From assembly GCA_964366325.1 (NCBI GenBank), contig CAYITD010000001.1, positions 119,634 through 183,633 on the forward strand: DNA of 64,000 bases, in the 5' to 3' direction. Below, piece after piece: positions 55,235 through 62,360 of this stretch (position 1 is its first letter; every line of letters starts with the position of its first letter). A program made the translations under genes and the position numbers. Source of the stretch: Candidatus Woesearchaeota archaeon (GTDB lineage: Archaea > Nanobdellota > Nanobdellia > Pacearchaeales > GW2011-AR1). Below the pieces are notes generated by a model, which did not search any database, was not told the DNA's origin, and saw only the letters and a list, made by a program, of their open reading frames with translations.

Positions 55235-58210
55235 ATGACTAAAATGAATAAAGAAGCACAAAAAATAGATTTCAAAAAAATAGAAAAGAAATGGCAGAAA
55301 GTCTGGGCAGATAATGAAGTTTTTGAAGCTAAAGAAATAGAAAAAAAGAAGAAATTTTACATTTTAGAAATGTTTCCGTATCCTTCTTCTTCAGGGTTGC
55401 ATATGGGTCACGCACTCAATTATACAATCGGGGATATATTTGCGAGATATAAAAAAATGCAAGGTTTTAATATTCTTCACCCAATGGGTTTCGATTCATT
55501 TGGTCTTCCTGCAGAGAATGCTGCTATCAAAGCTAAATCTCACCCAAAAAAGTTCACAGAAGAAGCTATAAAAAATTATATAAAACAGATGAAAAATTTA
55601 GGCATAAGTTACGATTGGTCAAGAGAAATAGAAACTCACAAACCTGAATATTATAAGTGGGATCAATGGATCTTCTTAAAAATGTTTGAAAAAGGTTTAG
55701 TCTATAAAAAAAAGTCTCCAGTAAACTGGTGTCCTGAATGTAATACAGTTTTAGCAAATGAACAAGTTCAGGGTGGAAAATGTTGGAGGCACGAAGAGAC
55801 AAATGTTGAAATAAAGCATCTTGAACAATGGTACTTAAAAATCACGGAATATGCAGAGGAACTATATGACTCTCTTAACAAATTAACAGACTGGCCTGAA
55901 ACAATAAAGACACTTCAGAGAAATTGGATATCAAAAAGTGAAGGGACAGAAGTTGTTTTCAAAATAAATAACGAAAATTGGAAAATATTTACAACGCGCC
56001 CAGATACTTTATTCGGAGTAACTTTTCTCGTTGTCTCAGCACAACATGCAAGACTTATGGATTTTGTATCAAAGGAAAAAAAGCTAGAAGTGGAAAAATT
56101 TGTTAGGAAACTAAATTCCGTTAAAGAAGAAGATATAGAAAAGTTGAACAAAGAAGGAGTTTTTACAGGAAGTTATGCAGAGCATCCATTGACAAAAGAA
56201 AAAATTCCTGTTTGGGTAGGTAATTTTGTAGTTGCTGATTATGGTTCTGGAATAGTTATGGCTGTGCCTGCACACGATCAAAGAGACTTTGAATTTGCGA
56301 AGAAGTACGGTTTGCAAATTAACCCAGTAATGTCTTCAGAAGAAGAAAAAAACGGCGCACAAGATCTTCTCGAGTCAGAATTTAAGAAATTTGTAGAAAA
56401 GGCGAAAAAAGAAAAAAAAGAATTTATCCTAAGCGGAGGTTTTAGCATTCGCATTTTGAGAGGCGTGCGTTATAGAAATCACAAGGATATAGATATATTA
56501 ATTCCAAAGAAAGATTTTGCTTTTTGGAAAAATTATTTTACAAATAATGGGTACGAAGACTGGAGAGAACCAGGAGATAATAAAAGAGACTACTCAAATT
56601 ATGCACTTTATACAAAAGAGATAAACGGATTTGATATCGAGTTTGATATATTTACAATAGAAAAAGATGAACATGGCTACTTTGACAGAGAGTGGGGAAA
56701 GAAAAGGTATTGGAATATTAATTTTGAGGATATAACCTCTTTTGATTATAATGGCGCAGAAATTAAACTTTCAACAAAATTAACTTCCTTTAGAGATGTT
56801 CCTGAAAATAGAAACAAGAAGAAATTAGCTTTAGATTCTTGCTTTGCTTTAGAGAAAGCTTATGAAGGCACAGGAATTCTAATGAATTCAGAAGCTTTCT
56901 CAGATCTTTTCAGCTCAGAAGCTAAAGAACATATAACAAAGGCCTTAGAGGAGAAAAAATTAGGCAATCATGCAACAAACTTCAAATTGAGAGACTGGTT
57001 AATTTCAAGACAGAGATTCTGGGGTACACCTATTCCTATAATTAATTGCAGTGTCTGTGGTTCTGTTCCTATATCAGAAGAAGATCTTCCTGTAGTTCTT
57101 CCTGATAAAATAAAATTTGAGAAGGTAAAAAATCCATTGATAGAGTACGGTAAATTTGTAAACACAAATTGTCCTAAGTGTGGCGGAAAAGCAAAGAGAG
57201 AAACAGACACAATGGACACTTTTGTTAATTCCTCATGGTATTATTTAAGATACTGTGATCCGAAAAATAAAAATGAGATATTTGATAAAAGGAAAGTAAG
57301 TTACTGGTGCCCGATTGATCTTTATATCGGTGGAAAAGAACACGCTTGCTTGCATCTAATATACATAAGGTTTTACACGAAATTTCTAAGAGATTTAGGA
57401 TTGCTTAAATTTGACGAACCCGCTTTAAGACTATTTAACCAAGGGTTTCTATTAGGCCCAGATGGGGAAAAAATGAGCAAGTCAAAAGGCAATGTTATTG
57501 TTCCTGAAATAGTTTCAGAAAAATATGGGATTGATACTGCTCGTTTATTCTTAGTCTCTATAGCGAGTCCAGATAAAGACATAATTTGGAGCGAAAATGG
57601 TGTCGAGGGTTCCCTAAAATTTATCAGAAAAATATTTGATTATGCAAAAAACCTTAAAATAGGTAAGACAAGTGAAAAGCTAGAATCAAAAATAAATAAA
57701 ACCATAAAACAAGTAACAGATGATATAGAGTATTTAAAATATAATTTCGCTGTTATCAAATTAAGATCTCTTTTCGAATCTTTAGAAAATGAAATTTCAA
57801 AACAAGATTTTGAAAAGTGCGTAAAACTCCTTTCTCCTATATGCCCGCATATTGCAGAAGAGCTTTGGAGCAAGTTAGGAAATAAAAGTATTTTGTCTTC
57901 GGAGTCTTGGCCTTCTTATGATGGGTCAAAAATAAATGAAAAATTTGAAAAAACAGAAGAACTTACAGAGAAAACAGTTTCAGACATACTAAATATCTTT
58001 AAAATAGTCTCAGAAAGAGAAAATAAAGAAGTAGAAAAAGTTTATCTCTACGTGCTTCCTCACGAACTCGAGAATTATTCTGAAAAAGAAATTTCAATTC
58101 GTATTAATAAACCAGTTAAGATTTTTTCAGTTTCTGATAAAAACAAATATGATCCACAAGGAAAATCCTCAAAGGCTAAGCCAAATAAGCCTGCAATATA
58201 CGTCGAATAA
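55235..58210 (+). CDS. leuS: Leucyl-tRNA synthetase (bacterial-type core) with inserted nucleotidyltransferase domain
   Basis: MFPYPSSSGLHMGH, FTTRPDT, VPAHDQRD, DWLISRQRFWG, KMSKSKGN; ~174-aa insert at 56330-56851. Confidence 0.95.
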   Translation: MTKMNKEAQKIDFKKIEKKWQKVWADNEVFEAKEIEKKKKFYILEMFPYPSSSGLHMGHALNYTIGDIFARYKKMQGFNILHPMGFDSFGLPAENAAIKAKSHPKKFTEEAIKNYIKQMKNLGISYDWSREIETHKPEYYKWDQWIFLKMFEKGLVYKKKSPVNWCPECNTVLANEQVQGGKCWRHEETNVEIKHLEQWYLKITEYAEELYDSLNKLTDWPETIKTLQRNWISKSEGTEVVFKINNENWKIFTTRPDTLFGVTFLVVSAQHARLMDFVSKEKKLEVEKFVRKLNSVKEEDIEKLNKEGVFTGSYAEHPLTKEKIPVWVGNFVVADYGSGIVMAVPAHDQRDFEFAKKYGLQINPVMSSEEEKNGAQDLLESEFKKFVEKAKKEKKEFILSGGFSIRILRGVRYRNHKDIDILIPKKDFAFWKNYFTNNGYEDWREPGDNKRDYSNYALYTKEINGFDIEFDIFTIEKDEHGYFDREWGKKRYWNINFEDITSFDYNGAEIKLSTKLTSFRDVPENRNKKKLALDSCFALEKAYEGTGILMNSEAFSDLFSSEAKEHITKALEEKKLGNHATNFKLRDWLISRQRFWGTPIPIINCSVCGSVPISEEDLPVVLPDKIKFEKVKNPLIEYGKFVNTNCPKCGGKAKRETDTMDTFVNSSWYYLRYCDPKNKNEIFDKRKVSYWCPIDLYIGGKEHACLHLIYIRFYTKFLRDLGLLKFDEPALRLFNQGFLLGPDGEKMSKSKGNVIVPEIVSEKYGIDTARLFLVSIASPDKDIIWSENGVEGSLKFIRKIFDYAKNLKIGKTSEKLESKINKTIKQVTDDIEYLKYNFAVIKLRSLFESLENEISKQDFEKCVKLLSPICPHIAEELWSKLGNKSILSSESWPSYDGSKINEKFEKTEELTEKTVSDILNIFKIVSERENKEVEKVYLYVLPHELENYSEKEISIRINKPVKIFSVSDKNKYDPQGKSSKAKPNKPAIYVE

Positions 58211-58261
58211 ATTTATCTGTGTAAAAATGCGGAGAGGACGACTTTCCCTAAAAGTTAAGGT

Positions 58262-58289
58262 CAGTTACATAATGTAATTTATATAACAT
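58262..58289. other. dif-like Xer recombination site
   Basis: 11-6-11 architecture CAGTTACATAA-TGTAAT-TTATATAACAT; inner arms 8/9 palindromic. Confidence 0.5.
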
Positions 58290-58337
58290 TGAAACAGCTT
58301 CTATATTTATATTTTGTCATAAAATAATATATACGTT

Positions 58338-59474
58338 CTATAATTTTTCATAAATTTTATTTTTAGTCTCTTCATCTTTTGTGTTAAATTTTTCTACAAT
58401 ACTATCAATTATATTTTTTCTTATTTTGTAGGTATTAGCCCATTTTGCATATCCAAACCAGCCTTGCAGTTCTTCAATTAATTTGTTTGGGCTTGTTTGT
58501 GTCGGATCATAATTGTCTAGTTTTTCTTTAAACTTTCTTATAAAAATACGTATATTTCTCTTTCTGAGCAGCTTATGATAATAAAAAACTCTATAACCTA
58601 AGAAAGTAACCCCTTTTCTCAATGGAATTATTTTTGATTTATCTGGGTGCAATTCAAGATTTATGTTTTTTAGAAATTCTATGATTTTTATTTTGAAATA
58701 TTCTAATCTTTTTTTGCTTCTGTGTAAAATTACAAAGTCATCAACATATCTTATGTAATATTTAGCTTTAAGTTCATGTTTAACAAAATAATCTAGTTCA
58801 TTAAGGTAAACATTAGCGAAAAACTGAGAAGTGTAATTCCCTAAGGGCATCCCTTTCCCTTTAACTTCAGAGTCAAAATTTTTCAAGATCAATCTTACAA
58901 GCCAAATAAATTTTCCATCTTTTATTTTCTTTCTTAATATAGAAATTAATACTTCATGATCCACACTATCAAAATAATGTTTTATGTCTGCTTTCAAACA
59001 ATATCCTTGAATTGAATCATAATCTCGCACTATAAAGTTGTTCGCCCCCCCCCCCGAACTAGCTGTCTTTAAGATAAGTCCATTTTGAGAGACTTTTCTT
59101 TTAAAATAATCAAATCTCTGTATAGCTGGATGTGTACCTTTATCCTTTCTGCTTGCAAAAAAATCATAAATGAATATTTTTTCAAAAATTGGATCTAAAA
59201 TGTTAATTACTGCGTGATGCACAATTCTATCTCTAAAAGCTGAAGCGTGTATTGTTCTTGTTTTCGGATCTCTAACTATAAATTTTTTGAGAGGTCTAGG
59301 CCTATAATTCATATTTTCAAGATCTGTTTTTAGATTTTCAAGATTTTCCTTAAAATCTTTATCAAATTCAACAACAGACAATTTTTTGCTCTTTCCTTTT
59401 TTTGCTTTTAAATATGCTAAACAGATATTTTCTGAACTGCAAAGTTTTCGATAGACATTTTTGTATCTTTTCAT
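58338..59474 (-). CDS. DGR reverse transcriptase
   Basis: PKTRTI, FRDRIVHHA, LKADIKHYFDSVDH, GMPLGNYTSQFFANVYL (DGR-type SQ motif), YIRYVDDF, FLGY; adjacent TR. Confidence 0.95.
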   Translation of the reverse strand: MKRYKNVYRKLCSSENICLAYLKAKKGKSKKLSVVEFDKDFKENLENLKTDLENMNYRPRPLKKFIVRDPKTRTIHASAFRDRIVHHAVINILDPIFEKIFIYDFFASRKDKGTHPAIQRFDYFKRKVSQNGLILKTASSGGGANNFIVRDYDSIQGYCLKADIKHYFDSVDHEVLISILRKKIKDGKFIWLVRLILKNFDSEVKGKGMPLGNYTSQFFANVYLNELDYFVKHELKAKYYIRYVDDFVILHRSKKRLEYFKIKIIEFLKNINLELHPDKSKIIPLRKGVTFLGYRVFYYHKLLRKRNIRIFIRKFKEKLDNYDPTQTSPNKLIEELQGWFGYAKWANTYKIRKNIIDSIVEKFNTKDEETKNKIYEKL

Positions 59475-59481
59475 ATTATAA

Positions 59482-59782
59482 GCCTTAGAGGTCAGGTTAT
59501 TCCGAGCGACGCATTAGTGTTAGATGGATTCCTATTGCAGTTCAGGTTAGCCCTGTCTGAATTAGCATTGAACCTAGCGACAGTTGTAGCACAATCATTA
59601 AGTATCACCATAACTTTAGGTTTCACTCCAAACTTCCCCAAGGTTTTTCATAACTACTTGCTATTGTTATTGTATTTTATGGCTTTTAGCGCTATGATTG
59701 TGCGTGTAACCTGTTAAGTTCTGTCTAGGTATAGTAATTCCTTGAATAAGGAATGAATTTGACAGCCCTCTAAGGCATTCTT
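59482..59782 (-). ncRNA. Candidate structured DGR template RNA containing the TR
   Basis: Nested stems 59767-59776/59482-59491, 59707-59713/59493-59499, 59694-59703/59589-59598, 59677-59683/59607-59613, and hairpin 59737-59754. Confidence 0.65.
59498..59583 (-). repeat. DGR template repeat (TR)
   Basis: 86-nt ungapped match to the VR; all 17 mismatches at TR adenines; 8 AAY codons in the VR frame. Confidence 0.97.
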
Positions 59783-59805
59783 ACCTTGTAAAATTTGTTT
59801 TAAAA

Positions 59806-59813
59806 TATTTATA
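59806..59813 (-). promoter_or_regulatory. TATA box for the TR-RT transcript
   Basis: TATAAATA on the minus strand ~30 nt upstream of the outermost stem arm (59776). Confidence 0.55.
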
Positions 59814-59922
59814 CAATTTACCATATAAGTTATGTTGTAACTCTAAAGTAACTTCAAAAGAAAGATTTAAATACTCAATATTTCTAGGAAAATTGATATA
59901 AAGCAACATAAAACACATAAAA

Positions 59923-60093
59923 ATGACACAAAATCAAGCTAAAAGCTACACAATAACAAAAAGAATAGCAAAGCACGGCAAACAATCAGTCATACTTATT
60001 CCTAAATATCTACAAGAAGAACTAAGGCCTAAAACGATAGTAGAGGTAAGAATAAATATAGTTAAGGAGGCTGAAGAAAATGGCAGAGAATAA
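59923..60093 (+). CDS. 56-aa AbrB/MazE-like DNA-binding protein (not in ORF track)
   Basis: MTQNQAKSYTITKRIAKHGKQSVILIPKYLQEELRPKTIVEVRINIVKEAEENGRE; overlaps the MoxR start. Confidence 0.7.
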   Translation: MTQNQAKSYTITKRIAKHGKQSVILIPKYLQEELRPKTIVEVRINIVKEAEENGRE

Positions 60094-61528
60094 AAATTTA
60101 ACAGAACAACAGAAAGTAAGAAAATTATACGACTTAATCGGCGATAGAGGTCTATATGTTAATACTAATTTTGATGTTTTCTCAGAAAAGCCAGAAATGG
60201 TAGCTTTAGCAGGCGGAGCAGGGTACAAAGTTCCTCTTATTCAACCAGGAACAAAAGCATATGCTTCTCCTTTATTGTTTGCATCACTCACTTCTCTTTT
60301 GAATCACGGAACTATGTTAATAACTGGAGCTCCAGGTATTGGTAAAACTACGGGTGCAGAGTTTGCAGGACATTTCTTCACAGGAACTAGTCTTGAAGAA
60401 ATTCTTGCTTCTGAAATCCAAGGTCATCCTCAATTAACTGAAGAAAAGATGGTTGCTTCTTATGATATAGGTAAGCTTGTAAGTACGGGAGAAAGAAAAG
60501 TTATTCCAAATAGATTCTTGAAGTGTGCTGTAAAAATTCTTGATGAAGGAAACAGAACTCCTTCTGATGTATTAAGTATCATGATGAGATTAGCGGATAC
60601 AGGTAAAGCTGTATATGGCGGTGAACTTCTTAAAGCGGAGCAAGGGCCTTTATATGTAACTGCAAATTATGCGGATGAAGGCACCTTCCAATTTACTCCT
60701 CCTTTTCTTGATCGTTTCGATGTTGCAGTTATGGTAACAAGTCCTCCTTCATGGGATTTAAATAAAATTAGAAAACGTGGAGATGAGAAATTAAATGGCG
60801 GTCTCGGTAATGCGGTTAATATTCCTGAAGGTCTTAAGCTTGACTTTGAAAAACTGAGAGCAGAGATTAAAAATATTCCTCAAGATGTAGAGTATGAAGT
60901 TCCGCAAATGAATGCTTTTGCCGACTTTGTTTATAGCTCGCTGAGATTTTCTGAGGCTGCAAGCGCAAACCTTGCCAGAGCTACAAAGGGAAACGCATGG
61001 CAAGTTAATCAAGATAACTCTCCACCAGGGCATTTTAAGGATTCTCCCTTTAATTATACGGTAAATGAATTAAGTGTGAGAACCGCACAAGCAATGCCTC
61101 GATATGCAAAAGCCTTTGCATGGATGAATGGAGACTCTAAAGTAACTCCTGCGCATCTTAAAACCATTCTTCCTTATATGTTATGGCATAAACTTCAGCC
61201 GACTCAAAAAGCAACAGCAGAAAATGCTTTACATGTTAATGATCGTATAGCTTTTGTTGAGGATTTAGTAGCAAGAATAGAAACAGACTATGATGAACTT
61301 CTAGGAAACTCTAAACTTTTACAAACCTATGCTGCTGCTTTGAAGGTTGTTAGAACTCATAAGATAAAAGATAATGATATTACTCCAGATCAAGTTCGTA
61401 GTGTTGTTAAAAATGCAATTACTCAGATAGGTGCTGAAGATAAAGCGTATGCTGTCACTTTGGCCGATCATATATCTTCTGAGTATAATTATAGTTTAAC
61501 AAATGAATATGACGCGCAACAACCTTAG
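60080..61528 (+). CDS. MoxR-family AAA+ ATPase
   Basis: Walker A GAPGIGKT, Walker B ILDEGNR, TAN...GT, FLDRFD, SVR; GGAGG RBS. Confidence 0.88.
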   Translation: MAENKNLTEQQKVRKLYDLIGDRGLYVNTNFDVFSEKPEMVALAGGAGYKVPLIQPGTKAYASPLLFASLTSLLNHGTMLITGAPGIGKTTGAEFAGHFFTGTSLEEILASEIQGHPQLTEEKMVASYDIGKLVSTGERKVIPNRFLKCAVKILDEGNRTPSDVLSIMMRLADTGKAVYGGELLKAEQGPLYVTANYADEGTFQFTPPFLDRFDVAVMVTSPPSWDLNKIRKRGDEKLNGGLGNAVNIPEGLKLDFEKLRAEIKNIPQDVEYEVPQMNAFADFVYSSLRFSEAASANLARATKGNAWQVNQDNSPPGHFKDSPFNYTVNELSVRTAQAMPRYAKAFAWMNGDSKVTPAHLKTILPYMLWHKLQPTQKATAENALHVNDRIAFVEDLVARIETDYDELLGNSKLLQTYAAALKVVRTHKIKDNDITPDQVRSVVKNAITQIGAEDKAYAVTLADHISSEYNYSLTNEYDAQQP

Positions 61529-62351
61529 ACCTTTGCTTCCTGTAAACCCACAAGGGTTAGACGATATAGCTTCTGCTTTATTAGATAATGCTCCTCCTAA
61601 GGATGATGAGGAAAATGTTCTTCCTGCAAGTATTAACAACCCAGAGAAACGTATTATTTTACCAACTAGAACTCATGGCCATTATAGTTATCCTGATTTA
61701 GTTGTAGATATGAATAGACTAGCCTACGATGCAACTGTAGAGAAAGCTGCAAAAGAATTGGGAATTAAGGTAAAAAATACGGGTAAAGAACAAAGCGGAC
61801 ATGACTATATTGGAAACATTAATTGGGAAACTGCTCTAAAATTAAATCAAAAATTAGGAAATGTTACTTTAAATCCGCGCCAGTTTATTGATTTAAGAGA
61901 ATTACTTGAAGCAGGGATAGATAAAAGTAAAAAAGTGTATGACGGGAAAGGCAAACCAATTGCTGTAGATATCCTTAAACAAGTCTATAACGAGATTACA
62001 GAAAAACGTGACCCTTGGAGATCTGAGTGGTTGGATGCTCGATTTACATCTAAAGGCAGATCTCTTGAAATTAATTATGACCATAGGTTATCTGGCGGAA
62101 ATCTTACAGCAGGGAAATCAGAAGCTCTAGAAGCTTATGTTGGTGAAAACTCATGGGTTGACGTTACGAGTTTTAATAGACAAGGGCTCCCTAAGAAAAA
62201 ATCAGCAACAGAAAAATTGTATTACTGGTTTCCTGTAGATGGATCTGTCGCTTGGTTCTATGCTGGTTCGGACGGGGCTGGCCTGTACTGCTATGGGGGT
62301 CCATCTGTCACTAATGCGTCGCTCGGGGTACGTGCCGCGCGAAAAAAATAG
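61503..62351 (+). CDS. DGR target protein with C-terminal variable region (CLec-fold-like); start probably 61509
   Basis: VR in the last ~35 codons, ending NASLGVRAARKK; WRSEW motif; no signal peptide or TM. Confidence 0.9.
   Translation: MNMTRNNLRPLLPVNPQGLDDIASALLDNAPPKDDEENVLPASINNPEKRIILPTRTHGHYSYPDLVVDMNRLAYDATVEKAAKELGIKVKNTGKEQSGHDYIGNINWETALKLNQKLGNVTLNPRQFIDLRELLEAGIDKSKKVYDGKGKPIAVDILKQVYNEITEKRDPWRSEWLDARFTSKGRSLEINYDHRLSGGNLTAGKSEALEAYVGENSWVDVTSFNRQGLPKKKSATEKLYYWFPVDGSVAWFYAGSDGAGLYCYGGPSVTNASLGVRAARKK
62245..62330 (+). repeat. DGR variable repeat (VR)
   Basis: 12 A>G and 5 A>T substitutions relative to the TR; no non-A mismatches or indels. Confidence 0.97.
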
Positions 62352-62360
62352 GAGTTTACT

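Larger units (their letters stand above)
58338..62351. mobile_element. Diversity-generating retroelement (RT + TR, with VR target on the opposite strand)
   Basis: RT, TR and VR all present with adenine-specific divergence. Confidence 0.95.

Noticed and set aside
58338..59474. RT as group II intron, retron or CRISPR-associated RT
   Set aside because: YVDD plus the SQ motif, no endonuclease domain, and a clear TR/VR pair identify it as a DGR RT.
59492..59611. 39-codon minus-strand ORF running through the TR (MVILNDCATTVARFNAN...)
   Set aside because: TRs are naturally open in the VR frame, and the ATG is buried in a predicted stem; no evidence of translation.
59517..59717. 66-aa + strand ORF as a possible Avd/accessory gene
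   Set aside because: Antisense to the TR and RT, too short for Avd, no four-helix pattern; better explained as a shadow of the template RNA.
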